Shown here piece by piece: positions 13,453-26,397 of a stretch of 64,000 nucleotides of DNA (positions are counted from its first letter, which is position 1; each line of letters starts with the position of its first letter). A model generated the notes under the pieces. The model did no database searches. It saw only the letters and a list, made by a program, of their open reading frames with translations, and was not told the DNA's origin. The stretch spans positions 4,640,722 to 4,704,721 of the forward strand of contig OZ037766.1 in assembly GCA_964035545.1 (NCBI GenBank). Direction: 5' to 3'. The position numbers and the translations under genes are program-made. The stretch is from Bugula neritina. Lineage: Eukaryota > Animalia > Bryozoa.

Positions 13453-16400
13453 GAAGGGAGTCAAAGAAAACACCATTAACTTTCCTAGAAGTTTGACAAA
13501 GAATTCTTTTCCCATAGAAGAAGGGCAACCCAAATGAGCTTACACTGAAACAAATTATAATAAGTAATAGTAAGATACTTGGCATACCTGCTGATCCAGC
13601 TACTGCTGCCACGATTACAATAGCCAATAGAATGACGGCTGCTGCCACTCCTATGATTATAAGCCTCTTCCTGCCATCACCTTTTCCTCCAAACAACGTG
13701 TCGAAAGTAGACAACTTTCCTCCTCTGCTCGGAGTAACATTTGTTGCGCTGAAATTTGCGTCTCCATTTGGTTCCAATTCGTATATAGGATTGTTAAAGT
13801 TGGAATAACCCTGAAATTAGTCAAACAATATAGCAATTTACTACGACAGTTGTATTTGAATTATAGTGATTATGTTTTTCAAGTTTTAAAAATTAAATTG
13901 ATAAAGTTTGAGGCCATTTGTATGGTGTAGCAGTCTGTAAAGAGAAGGGCTGTATACATCCAACATGGAGGGAACAGAAGTTAAGCCCAACTTTGCATAA
14001 CAATAGCATTTCTGACACTACAGAGCCGCTATGGTTGTCTGACAATAGAACTTACAATTAACTTGGCAAAGATGTCATAAATTACAAGTTAAGAGAGGCA
14101 CTTGGTAATAGGCCTACTAGTCACATGAACATAGCAAACTTGAAGAAGTTAAAGCAAAAGCCTTTTAGCAACATATCATTGCAAGTTACCCATATGTAAT
14201 TATCACATAACATGCTGAGAATATATTGTGTTTACAGTTGACAGTTCTGTACTGAAGGTAGAAGCTTGTTTACTACTTCCACACTGCAGCAGTACAGAAA
14301 AGTAAACTTGCTATTTATATTCATAGTAGGCAGCATTGACAGCAAAACAAACTTGTTACATCATACTTATATTATTAGTCAGTGAAAAACCTACTACCCT
14401 TGCTGACTCCTTTGTGCCCAGAACAATAGAACCGCATGTTCATGGTACATGCTCAGAGCCAGAATAATCAATAATCAACATGAATGTGCTCAGAGTGGAG
14501 AATGTGCAATTGAAATTATTTCACCCTTTTTCAAAACAGGAGACGATGCTTACTGGGACAGCATCTATGAAGTGCATAAAAACTCACGCAGGCTTATAGT
14601 CACCATCCCTGTGAGAAAACCCTGATGGAAGAGGTTTTTTGTTAAATAGGGCTAAGGACTTATTCAGATGAGGCACAGGAGAAATTATGACTAAATGCTT
14701 TTTCTAACATCACCAATGGCCTTTGTTAGGGTTCGAACCCATGACTTCGTGTTTACTACGAAAAACGCTCTAACCCTTAAACCACGGCTGCTCTATACCT
14801 ATGAAGTGTATGACGTATGCATATTACAACTGTGTTGGTAATTTCTAGAACACATCAGAGGTGGTACAAACTTGTAATCAAAACAAAACAAAGGACATAA
14901 TTTAGAGTTCGTCAAAGGATTTGAGCCACAATTAGTTAAAATACTTCATAACAAACACCATCACTCCACTTTACTGGAAATACAGTATTAACAAATTTCC
15001 CACATCGTTGAACAACCAGAAAATATAAGATCTACCCCTGACTCATTTTTTAATTAAGTTGTTTAAATTATGTTCAGCATAAAAATCTGTTACTACTGAC
15101 TTTGATCAGCTCGGCATCTAGTCATGTGATCATGTAAAACTTGAGTGTCCTTAAGAAGTTTTTGTGTTTAAGACAATGGACTCCTTTCACTCTTAATGCT
15201 GTTGTTATACATCTTTCTACATAGTCAATGGTTCACTCAAATTCAACCATCTATCTACTTCTACTCTGTACTGTTTTGTTAGTCATAAATACCGGCATAG
15301 CAGCCATAAACTTGCAAATTTCTTAGGCACTGGAGAGGTTGAAATTGTATTAAATGAAAAACTAGTCTAAAAACTGTGGGTTTGATAGCTCTTCAATATT
15401 CATAGCCATGGCAATGAATAAATTGAGACATGTCATCAAAATCTCATAAAGTATGACAACTTTTAGCTAGTAGAGCTCGGATATCCAAGAGATAATTTGA
15501 TTTTTAAGCTTCTATTGGCACCCCCAGTTTTTGAATGTCACAATCACAGCTACAGATAGGGATTGTTCATTAGTTTAGCTATCCTGCTCGCTCACTGAAT
15601 GTTTCATTCTACTGCAATCGCTGCTACCTCAACTATTGGGTAATTAATTAATGGAGTCTCGGAGGAGAACCTTGCTTTAAGCAGATTAATTTAAGATTTA
15701 TTCTCTTTGGTTGATGAGATAAGCTGGAATTATCTACGGTTGGTTAGGTTGAAGAAGATATAGAGAGCTGGTGAGTGTTACTGAGTGCTCGTGAGTAAGT
15801 GACTAGGAATATTATGTTATGATTGGTGATGTTTTCAAATAAAATTGACTGACTTCACCTAAGAAAAAAATCTACATCTATTTCTAAGAACCAAAGATTA
15901 AAAACTCCTTGAAATACAAAAGCATACTTTATAGTCTACACTCTATAGTCTACACTCTATAGTCTACACTCTATAGTCTATACTCTATAGTCTATACTCT
16001 ATAGTCTATACTCTATAGTCTATACTTCGTTATACACAAAAACAAACTATCCAAAGTTCTGTGATAGTGTTTTGTTTGCCTTTAGCATTTTTCAGTCATC
16101 TAATTTTTGTTGTGGTCAGTTGTTAACATGCCCAAGTAAATAGCAATCAACCGCAGTCACTGATGTTACAAAAAAAGTCCACTGAGTAACTCATATCACA
16201 GGGAAAGAATTTTGAAGAAAAACAACTACGAGGCAGTACAAAAAGTCATCTTTGTTAAAGTTGAAAAATTTAAATGGCAATGATCTGCTCAGCCTCAAGG
16301 GATCAAAACTGCCATTAGAAGCCATTACATGTCGGTTAAGATGCAAAATATAGTCTAAAACAAATATTAATAGCCATAGCCCATAGTCATAGAATATCTA

Positions 16401-16488
16401 AAACATTTAATTTTGTTATAAAACTAATACTTACCACTTCTGCTTCTCCATTGAAAGCTTTCGTGAATTTGGCTTTTAGCCCGGACAT
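1..16488 (-). CDS. Corin-like type II transmembrane mosaic protein (SEA, mucin-like, 3x Frizzled CRD, 5x LDLa, EGF); 3' part lies outside the window
   Basis: Phase-consistent exons: 16488-16435 (MSGLKAKF..), 13810-13588 (FNNPIY + [25 protein letters not shown]), 12996-12824/11743-11676/11315-11164 (SEA, ..[15 protein letters not shown]), 9898-9649 (S/T/P-rich), 9274-9021/8581-8420 (FZ1), 8299-8265 (uncertain linker), 8171-8085/7037-6884/6405-6286 (FZ2: LPNYMGH, PPCRSLC), 5807-5691, 5281-5159, 4382-4237, 3702-3609, 3037-2866 (five LDLa, CDG..DC.D.SDE type), 2140-2058 (EGF), 1391-1261/626-506/369-220 (FZ3), 24-1 (continues). No protease domain is visible in the window. Confidence 0.85.
1045..1265. 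repeat. Degenerate ~22-bp tandem repeat abutting the splice donor of a corin-like exon
   Basis: Recurrent c(t/c)taccacac / ctactacagt units that end at the real donor (exon end 1261). Confidence 0.7.
1402..1660. repeat. 29-bp minisatellite (tagtagtaataacagtgtatatcagtttt)n
   Basis: Unit recurs at 1521, 1550, etc.; degenerate copies extend to the acceptor at 1392. Confidence 0.9.
3100..3235 (-). mobile_element. Truncated copy of the tRNA-headed SINE family
   Basis: aaactcac..tttatagtcactatccctgtgagaa..gctaaagacttattca matches the 3' body of the copies at 9971 and 14578. Confidence 0.75.
4794..5107 (+). mobile_element. hAT-type (Charlie/Buster-like) MITE
   Basis: Termini aaggggtttctaacc ... 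ttggacagccctg; 8-bp TSD ttttagaa/tcttagaa; homologous to 17796-18110 and 42043-42365. Confidence 0.8.
7862..8099. repeat. 26-bp tandem repeat derived from an exon end plus splice donor
   Basis: Unit accagtgtgacctatatactagccat (7891, 7917, ...); the last unit overlaps the exon end ..GGTCATACTAGTTTG|GTAAG at 8085. Confidence 0.85.
8858..8990. repeat. 23-bp minisatellite (cagtcacagtatactatatacta)n
   Basis: Units at 8858, 8881, etc.; lies just inside the intron after the FZ1 exon donor (9020). Confidence 0.9.
9971..10183 (-). mobile_element. tRNA-derived SINE
   Basis: On the minus strand: A-box-like gtggtctagggg, B-box ggttcgatcc, core ggtgatgttaggaagggcatccagcc; flanked by a degenerate direct repeat (tctactgacccttac / tctaccggtcccttat). 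Confidence 0.8.
13381..13448. repeat. (GA)n microsatellite
   Basis: Perfect dinucleotide run. Confidence 0.98.
14578..14798 (-). mobile_element. tRNA-derived SINE, full length with TSD
   Basis: A-box-like tggtttaaggg and B-box ggttcgaacc on the minus strand; 13-bp TSD ctatgaagtg(c/t)at at 14565-14577 and 14799-14811. Confidence 0.85.
15929..16026. repeat. 14-bp tandem repeat (tatagtctaYactc)n
   Basis: About 7 direct copies. Confidence 0.92.
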
Positions 16489-17795
16489 GATGCAGCACTA
16501 AAGGTGCCAGCTATGAGTATAATATGATCCTAAAGGTAAACTCTCTTCCAATTTAAACAGCTCCAGAAGTAAGCCTCGAAGCAATTTGTATTTCCTCTGT
16601 CGTAATAAGCTCCCTGGTATAACACCTGAACGTACCAAGTCCTGTAAAACAATGACTAACTAGCTTGTGCCATGTGCAAAACCACTTGAAAAGACAACAT
16701 CCCTTAAACTAAATAGCATTTCATTGGTTTGATTTACTAACCACGTGACTGCATAGCAGAATTGTCAATACAGTGTAATTACCAACAGCTGAAGACTTTC
16801 TTAAGAAATGGTAGCCAACAATGCAGTGTTTAGTGAGTGATACTGTCATGTTAACCTCACATTATTGTGTTTATGGAACATGATCCAGTAGCACTAATAG
16901 TATTTCTAAATAACTCATCAAGTTTTTGGTTAGGTATCACGTACGCTACATGTGCTCACCAGATTGCTATCATATATTCATTGTACAGCAGTCACAATCA
17001 GGTAAATGTCATATAGGTGCTCCTTACACAGCATCCTATGAATATTATGGGAGAGGAGGGGGTGGAAGGGCAATTGAGGCAATATCCGAACTTACTACAT
17101 TAGCATAAAATTTTATCGAAGTTCTATAAACATTGAGCTGGCAATGCCACCAAAAATTTCAGCATGCTCTTAGTAGCTTCACTTATTAAATCAGCTATTC
17201 TTTTAGACAAAGGACTGGGATACAAAGTTAAAAAGGTGAATAAGTTTCACAATAAATTAAGTTTTTGTGTTTAGGGCTTAAGTATCACAAGGATTTAATT
17301 TGAACTTCTACTGAAGTGTCAATTAGCCAAGATTATTAAAAACCCATCACAACCTTCGACTCTGGGCCAACTTGCAATTCATTATCATTAAGTTCAACTG
17401 CAGCATGTTGGAATAGTTCCGTGCTACAGTTTATCCAGTACCACATTTATCAGTCTCATTGTTCATTCAACAACATACTTGAATTTCCTGTATGTAGTTG
17501 TATAATTAATAATATAACCATTTTTATACAATTTAAGGAGATCTACTATGCAAAACCTTTTGTTTTGCTATTAAAATATAAACTCAATAATACAAGATGG
17601 GTACAGCCAACAGTAGAGTCCCGTTTAGCTAGTGAAAAAATTGAAAAACTGTTTGTTCTTGTATAGTATTTTGCATATATTTCAACAGTATATACAAAAA
17701 TGCATTGCATTGTTCAGAATCCAACAGCTTCAAGCTTTCTAACGGCAAGCAAGTGCTTTATAGGAAAAGATAATGAAAAATTAATGATTTTAGAA

Positions 17796-18110
17796 CAGGG
17801 CTGTCCAACAGGCGGCCCGAGGGTCGGGTGCAGCTCCCTGCCTACATCTACGTGACCCTCAAAGGCATAACATACATAAATTAGAGTGAAAAACAACTTT
17901 TAAATGTTTTATTTACACACATAACTTGAAACATGCAGCCTGTAGTAACTATTTGGACTCTATTGTGTAATGATTCATAAGAATTTGGAATAAAATAATT
18001 TGAAAAATACTGACGCTGTGACCAGCTCAAGGTAAAATTTACAATGTGGCCCTTGTCATTGGAATATTCCCTTTCAGTGGCCCTCGCTATGAAAAGGTTA
18101 GACACTCCTG
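17796..18110 (-). mobile_element. hAT-type MITE (same family as 4794-5107)
   Basis: Termini cagggctgtccaac ... gttagacactcctg; 8-bp TSD ttttagaa (17788-17795) / ttctagaa (18111-18118). Confidence 0.85.
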
Positions 18111-19668
18111 TTCTAGAACGACATACCATTCTAGAAAACTATTTTGCTCAAGCAAATTTACGGCTGCAACATAAATTTAAAGACTAAAAAGTGTCTGGTA
18201 AAATTAGAACTCAAGTATTCTTAGCCTCTTACAATTGAGAAAAAACACTATTAACTTCTATACAAACCAATGACATGCAGTTAACAATCCGGCTTAGATA
18301 CTAGAACTGCTCTCAGTGAGACGGCCCAGCTCCACTGCCTGCAGGCAACAGTAATTGCTAACTCATCATATTGCATGAAACACTCACCATTTTACTGAAC
18401 AGGATTATCACTATGGTAACCATTTTGTTTATCGTGTCAAATTGCATTAACCAAGTACAGCTTCTCTTGCAAGTTCTCTGAAGATATCATGACAACACTC
18501 AACAGGTGGCCATTTGCTGCAACAGTGCCAAGTTTGTAATGTTTACTGTATACAATTACCACCATTAGTCTATACCAAGTACCGCACATCTAGCCATTTC
18601 CTTGAAATTTGAGGAAGCTGCACAAGCTTTACTAATTCAGCTGTATTAGTTACACAGGGTAGTTAATAGCGGATTATCTAGCACTAATATCACCCAACTA
18701 TTGCAATAGCATATTAAAGTAAAAATAATATCATTTCAAGACTATTAGAGAGCAATAACAACTGCCTTATCTGATCTCTAACAATTACCTATTTCGATGT
18801 ATTAGAACGTGCAAAAGATATTTGCCCTGGCTTTAGATGTATGCTTTTAGCATTTCCGGAGTAGAAACTTTGCATAGTTGAATCTTTATTGTAATAGAGA
18901 CTAAATTTATAGCAAAACTATTATATGCATTTACAGTAATAAAAATGTGTGCAGCAGGAACGTAAAATTAGAAACGTAGGGGGATATAGCTATGACTTGA
19001 ATGCAGACAGATTACTCCAGTAGTTGGAAAGTGTTACACTACAGCGACTACACATTCAGATATTTCTTTCTTCACAAGTCATCATTATCTAGAGATTTGA
19101 AATAAACCCCAGCCATTGGCAGGCAGTCTAAAACTTTCTCAGATGATACAGAGATATTATAATTTGTTTAAAAGTGGCTGAGCTGTATGTGAGCTACAAC
19201 GTACCAAAAAGTAAACATTTTCTTAAAATAAATATTTATTTTAGTGTATAAAAACAAAAGAAGACAACTTCTTATTCTACATTCATCGGTGTTTTCAGGA
19301 TATATTATTTATTAATTGGCAACTAGTAACCAGGCGCCAGTTAGTAAAGAATGTGGGAATTATTTAAAATGATAAAAATATACTCTGAACAATGAAAAAG
19401 CAATCATGGCATAACCTTGTGAATAGGAGGTAAGAATTAAATGTTTCGTCTACCCACAGATTTAGACTGTAGCATAACCTACTTGTTGTCTGTTTGGAAA
19501 AAAGCTTTATTCAATTTCCCCTAGAATAGTATCGTATTCTGTTAGCTCACTATTTCTCACACCAAAGTCACAAACTAGCACACGTATCCAATCGAGAAAA
19601 AGAATTGATACTGAGTGTTGTACCAGCCTCCATAGATGCAGCACAATGCATTAAGTAAGCTCCTTGAG

Positions 19669-22600
19669 TCAGCCAACGTCATGGTTGACTTGAAGGTAGT
19701 CTAAGACGGCAGCAGTGCTCTGCAGAGTGCTGAATGCCATCCTTTCAGACTTGGGTGTTTGACTTTCCAACATTTTGCCAGTGTGGTAATGAAAGCACCT
19801 GAACTGAGTGTCACAACTCATGGAGGTGCTCACCTGCAAATGGTATTATATTTTGTATCTCTGTAACAAGGCTCAGTTTCGACACTTTACTGCAGGTGAA
19901 GTGTTGAGAAATTTACCGGCATGTAGAATGTTTAATGCTATATCATGAAAATTTACATAAATGAATGTTGCAATAAACTTGTTATTACATGCTATCATAA
20001 ATCCAAATATTTGCATTGTACAGATCCTCAGCAAGTAAATGTTGTGGAAACTGAAAATCATCAAGTGGTAGAAGTGGTTAGTTGATGGGTCAAATCTAAT
20101 CAAAACTACCAATATTTCATCTTCATCAGATATAATGACAGGTTCAGTGATAAAAATATGTAGAAATGCTAATTTGTGGTGAAAGATACATACTTTAGTA
20201 ATTGCATAATATAAAATAGTATACATGACAGCTAGCAAATCCACACATGATTTAGGCAGCATAAAAGTAAGTCATGAGTGATTTTGAAACAACAACATTG
20301 CTATTTATCAGGCATGGATTGTACTTTAGTTTAGGATGTCTCAATACACATCCAAAAAACACTTTTTCACTGACCAGGCAACATTACAATGATTGTACAC
20401 ATTGATTATAAAATCTAACTTATTTGAGTTGTCTTTTCCTTTAAACAGAGTGGCAGATAACTCCAAAAATGTTATACACTTGCTGCCAGAAAAAAATGCA
20501 TAGTTTAGACTTTAGAAATTTAAATTCCAAGCATTTTCCTCTATAATATTAGCAAACTAAGTAACAGTGCTTGAACTTTCTTGCATGTTAAACAGGCTTA
20601 TAGGATGAGCAACACCCAGTCACTCAGCTATCACTAAAGTTGTGTTTTCTCTTTCAAGCAGTTATCACCACATTCTTGACTTTTTTTTATTCGGCAAAGA
20701 AAGTTGTTGCTAACTTGGAATTCCTAACATTACATTGTAGAGTTACCTCCTCTTGTAATGATTATCGCGTAACACTTTTTGTCGATTTGACTGATTCACT
20801 GCCCTTCTAGTTTCAATGAAAGAAAAATATGAAACTGCCTTATGCTATAATATTTCATGCCTCAATGAGATCCAAACTTTTATCAGATCAAAACAATAAT
20901 TTTCATCCTTCTAATATTAACCAGAAATAACTAAACTTAAAAAAATTGTGATCTTGGTGCCACTAGTAACATATAGTGTCTCAGTCACCTTATAGCTTAA
21001 GTAAAGTAGTTATAGAGAAGGGCTAACCAATGCCTTAGTAACTTCAGTAAAATGATTTAGCCTTGACCTCTAAATTTTGACTACATTTCATTAAAAACTT
21101 GACGCCTCAAATTTTACTTTTATGATAGCCTTTCTACCATATAAGCTTTTCATATAAATTTGCATTCTTTGACTTTATAAATTTTTATCAATAATCACTT
21201 TTGTCGTGCACGTCCGTATATATCAATAATCATTGATATATACGGACGTGCAGGACAAAAGTGATTAAACTGACAGAAGACAACCCCTCTCACACATTAT
21301 ATGACTTAGACTGAGAGGTTTATACTCACCCAGTTTGACAGAACTTGTTTATCCACACCATGTCCAGCAAACATAGCCGGGTTTTTCAAGATTCCCCTGG
21401 CAGCCATTACACCTGAAAATAAATAATAGCATCGCATAGCACATGTGTATATGCTAACTACATTACAGTATAGCATATATGTATATGCTAACTACACTGC
21501 AGTATAGCCCATGGGTATATTCTAACGGATTACAGTATATAGGTATATGTTAACTGCATTACATTATAGCACATAGGTATATGCTAACCAAATTACAATA
21601 TAAATATACTATATTACATACAAATACAGAGGTACGTGGTAATAGTAACACTGTATAGCATGGTATGCAAGTATATATATGCTAATAGTATTTTGATATA
21701 GTATATAGACAATTAGGCACATGCTAAAGCATATAATAGTATAACATATAAGCACATGTTGATACTAAATGAATATATGGGGAATATAGAGAGTACAGTA
21801 AAACAGTCATTCTTCATAATAATCTAATTCCAATTTCATCATGTAAATTCATTTTGAAAAACCTAAAAGTTGCTAGAAAAACAGAGCTTAACTTTCAGCT
21901 AACTATTTCAAATAAAATTAAAACCTTGTTTTAACGACGCAGAAAAATTTGTATTAGTTTGTTAATTCCAGAACTATAGTTATTCACATTACTGCCTCAA
22001 AAAGAAACATAAAACAAAACAGCAAACAATTAAACAAAATAGTAAACAACTAAACACCGGGATTTCAAAAAAAGAGTTTACCGTCAGCTCCGGTCTCTTG
22101 TACAAGACGGTGCATGCTCTCCAACGAGTTCACGTCACCATTGTGTACCACAGGAATACTAAGGCTATCCTTGATTAGTCTAACCGCCTCCGTGTTGACA
22201 GGCTCACCTCGCTGCAACTTGGTTCGGCCGTGAACCGTGATAAATGACGCTCCAGCTTGTTCAACCTGACGGCAAAAATCCACGGTTTGTCTAAAACACA
22301 AAATACAACATTGTGTAATTCTACCAGTCCTCTACCACCTTTAAAATCTAGTTACATATAAATTTGTTATTTATAAGAATAAATTAAATGTTGTAGGAAG
22401 GCAAAGGTTTCATTTGTATTACATAAGGTTACTAATACCTTTTTACCATTATTGCCTTTCTATAAAGCAGACTATACATTTACAATGTACAGATTACAAA
22501 CAATATGCTGGGTGAAATAAATAACCAGTGTGTGTATTTGTATGCTCTTGCCAAACTCAACTAATATTCGCATAAAACAGTTTTTTTAGGAATTCTAGAA

Positions 22601-24239
22601 AACATATTAGATTGTCAAAAATATCTTGAAAATTATTGTATATCCTCGCATAAAACTTTTTGTAAACACAAATAAAAACTAACGCTATGTCTTTGTGAAT
22701 TCTAATTTTCACAGAAACTGTAAAAGGATAAACAGTGATTCTGTTCCTAGCCTCTCGTATCATATCCGATATAAGTTGCGGCTCGTCAATAAGACATGCC
22801 CCATAACCTTCCTGCATTGCCCATCTGCAAAAACCAAAGTACATAAAAATTAGTGCAATTAACTAAATTATATTATTGAAAGTTTGATTCCGTTTTAGAA
22901 TTATGGAAACACTAGTAACCTTTGAGGGCAGCCGCAATTCAGGTCAACGCCGTCAGCATCTGGTGCTATCATCTCAGCAGCAGATGCAAACTCTTCTGGA
23001 TTCTTTGCAGCGAACTGCACAATCAATGGTCTGTCAACTGTTGAGGTAGAAAAAATGTGTTGGAATTGGATTCAATACCAAAAGCTAGAAACATCATGTT
23101 TTCTGGTGAAACTAATATAACACTTGCACCAAGGTTTCTACATAGCAGTTGGCAGTTGAAAGCCAAAGTATACCAATGTAATAATTCAACCATTAGCAAA
23201 GTATTTCATTATTTCATCAGTTTTATTCTAAAATATTTCAACAATAAACAAGAGGCCCCTGGCTTGCATTTTTATAACTGGGGTCAAGTGGAAAACAGTT
23301 AGAAAAACATAATAAACAAAATAAGATAAATTTTGCATTATATTAATCATTAATGAACACAGACTTCTAAACTACAAGAGTACTAGACCATCAACCTCAC
23401 TGCGCAACTGATAAAATATTATGTAACTGCTGCTGTATGCAAATTATACCTGCATGTTAAGATGCTTTGTAATTTCACCAAATATAAAACCAGTATCTAT
23501 ACAATATAACAACTGACCGTCATTTGTTGTGAAATCGGCATCTCGTGCCTTCTGTGACTTGAGAAAAGAATCAGCAATAATCATTGGAGTGTACGCAACG
23601 TCACAGCCATACTGCCTCACCAGACAGCGAAATGCTAATCTAGAACATAACCAGTATCATACATGTTTACTCAGCCTACCTAACCTTTAGTTGTACGGCT
23701 ACCCATGCAGGACTACAGCCATCTAGGGGGGAAATCTAACCTTGAGTTGTATACATAGTAAAAATAAAGTTTATAGTAATAAAGTACAGAACTGCCTAAA
23801 ACGATATCAACACCATTAAGGTATCATTTTAGCCGATCTATAAATTTACACAATGTATATTTCTACCATATTTAACTTAGTTGGTAGAAGTCATTTGCTA
23901 GATTAGAAGTTAGCTGAACTGTACCATAGGCTGTATTGACACACAAAGACACACGTTGAAGAATTAAAAGTATGTTTTAAAACCTAATAACACATATTAG
24001 AACTACAAGATAGCACAATTATTATTTACAACTCGGACAATTTCCTAAAAAAAATCACATGCATGTTGACCGGGAAACAGTAAATAAGTCCCAACGTAAT
24101 TTACTGCCAGGAGTACAAACAGACTCCTCCAATCAGAAAGTGGAACTTACTTGGAATATCGCACCATCGGTGCACAAATTTTGGTCGTTGGAGACGACTC
24201 CAGTAATGCCAAAACATCACAACGATGACTATCATCCAT
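19669..24239 (-). CDS. DUS4L: tRNA-dihydrouridine(20a/20b) synthase-like
   Basis: Seven phase-consistent exons: 24239-24151, 23639-23518, 23037-22920, 22824-22684, 22290-22082, 21412-21330, 19833-19669. Motifs APMVRYSKLAFR, AYTPMI, PLIVQFAA, DLNCGCPQRWAMQEGYGA, ITVHGRT, NGDV, GVMAARG.L.NPAMFAG. Confidence 0.95.
21192..21267. repeat. Near-perfect 76-nt palindrome in a DUS4L intron
   Basis: 36-bp arms (21192-21227 / 21232-21267) with one mismatch and a 4-nt loop aatc. Confidence 0.95.
21425..21600. repeat. Degenerate tandem repeat next to a DUS4L acceptor
   Basis: Recurrent tatagcacat..gtatatgctaactacattacag units. Confidence 0.75.
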
Positions 24240-24394
24240 TAGTTCTTAGACAGATGGATTGTTTCTTCTTTCTTGGGCCTTGAATCAAAAATAGAAAAAC
24301 GACAGTGCATTACGCAAAAATATACGTTTACATGACACACTGTCAGTGTCAGGCTCACTCTCGGTGTTAAACTTTATGTTAAGATATATTTATA

Positions 24395-24926
24395 CAGGGT
24401 TGGGGTCAATTACATATGAATGTAATTGATTACAATTACTTAAAAATAGGTCAATTACAATTATAGTTAAAATTAATGTAATTAATTACAATTACATGGT
24501 AATGTAATTAATTACAATTATAATTTTTTTGTTCTCACAAGGAATAAATACTGAAATGGAAGTTATAGGGGTCTAACTATGGGGTCTAACTACCCGGGGA
24601 AATTTTGACAGCTGAGAGCCTTCTTTGATCTCAACAGTGGCTAATAGGGTGATACAATACTACATTTAATTAATCTGAACGTTTTATTAAACAGTCGGCA
24701 TGGTAGGAAAAGTATGAATTTTATAAGATTTAAAAGTTTAAAGTAATTGACATGTAACTATAAAGTAATTGTAAAAATCAATTACATAAACTGTGTAATC
24801 AATTACAATTATATGTGTATACATCAATTACAAATTACATTCGATTACTGGAAAAAATGTTGATTAATTACAAGTACAACCAAACCAATTAGTATTACAA
24901 TTACAATTAAAACTACCCCAACTCTG
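24395..24926. mobile_element. MITE with TA target duplication and internal AATTAC/GTAATT repeats
   Basis: TIR cagggttggggt ... accccaactctg, flanked by TA at 24393-24394 and 24927-24928; many aattac motifs in both orientations. Confidence 0.8.
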
Positions 24927-26397
24927 TAACTGTAAGACTAAGACTAAGAGTCCAAGTGCTACAGTTTAACGATGATTCATTGATTGTCAGTATGATTGTG
25001 ATACTGAAAAACGGTACAAGTTGAAGTACATTCGACTTGTACAATAATCATAATGATAAAATTAAATATAATACTCACAATATGAATATCAATAACAATA
25101 AGTGAATATGAAACTGAATTACGATTACTATCAGAATATCAAATAATAACAATCAAATTCAATATTAATATGAATATGACTTCATGTTCATGAAGATCAA
25201 GCCTCAAGGTGAATACCGATACGCCAACGGTCAATTAAAAGTTTCAAATAAAACTAAAAGCACTTAGAATTTTGCAATTATTAGGGACATTCAATAAGGT
25301 GTAGCCACCCCCTGACTGCTGAGGTTGATTCAATTCGAAGTGAATAAAACACTACCAGTATTACTATTAGTATCAGTATTGGTATTACTATTAGTAGAAC
25401 TATAACATTAGCATTAACATCCCTCGTAGTCGTAAATACAATGACTCGAAGTTTAGTGCGGTCTTTAACCACATAAAAAGCTTTAATGGACCCACTACTT
25501 CAACTACCACCAATCGCAGTCTCTATGTACAGCTATGCTATATTTGTATGAAGCTCGGGCTATATGATCAAAACTTGTGGTGAGGGCGGTCTATAAACAC
25601 CTGTAGGATGTTAATTTATTCCAAATTTATATCAAAGGCCAAAGATTATAATAGTATCAATTAACATCATTTTTCACACCGACAAACTACCCTTTTCAAT
25701 ATCTGTATAGTCTTAGTGTATAATCATAATGATAATGTACAAGTTAAGTAACAACTAAGTTAGTAATTTACTAATTTACTAATAAGTAATAGTAATTTAG
25801 TGATTATGATTTTAAAAAAAGAATACCAAGTCCAATGAGTATACGTGATAATCATAAGCCTTAAGGCTTAAGGTAAAGGTTTAAATAAAAAAGTTTATAA
25901 AAGAAAAAGTCAAAACATGACAACCACCATCAGTAACACTAACAGTATGAGTATGAGTAATACTATATCAGTAAATGTAATTGTAAAACATTATTGAACT
26001 CTAACTTGGTAATTCTAAATTAGCAACTTAGAAAGTAATACTAATTGATTCTGCCTATAAATCAAAATTTCATAATACTCAACAGTGAACTTCGATTAAT
26101 TTGGCATTTGCATTGACCAGGAGGAAAACCTTTTGCTGGTTTGACTTACAGTTATACTCCATTATGACTACTATTGCACCAATTCTAAATTGTGATGATG
26201 CAACTATAATCATAATAATTCTAATTTGGTGTTTCATGTCTTTTTCATGCAATGTTTTTTTTTGAATTTTTAGGTTAAATGTCCTGTCACGTAAAGCAAA
26301 CCTAAATATCTACCAGGGGTTGTTGCTTTGCAGATTGTGCATTATCCCAATGACCAAATTGAACAGATAATTCTTGAATCCAACTTCAAACAGAGAT

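Noticed and set aside
13293-13533. ORFs with RE/SL dipeptide runs
   Set aside because: They are translations of the intronic (GA)n microsatellite; the true exon ends at the donor at 13587.
20112-20130. Additional hammerhead core (CTGATGA..GAAA on the minus strand)
   Set aside because: Only 4 nt lie between the motifs, so stem II cannot form; the other CTGATGA hits checked are in coding exons or lack GAAA and stems.
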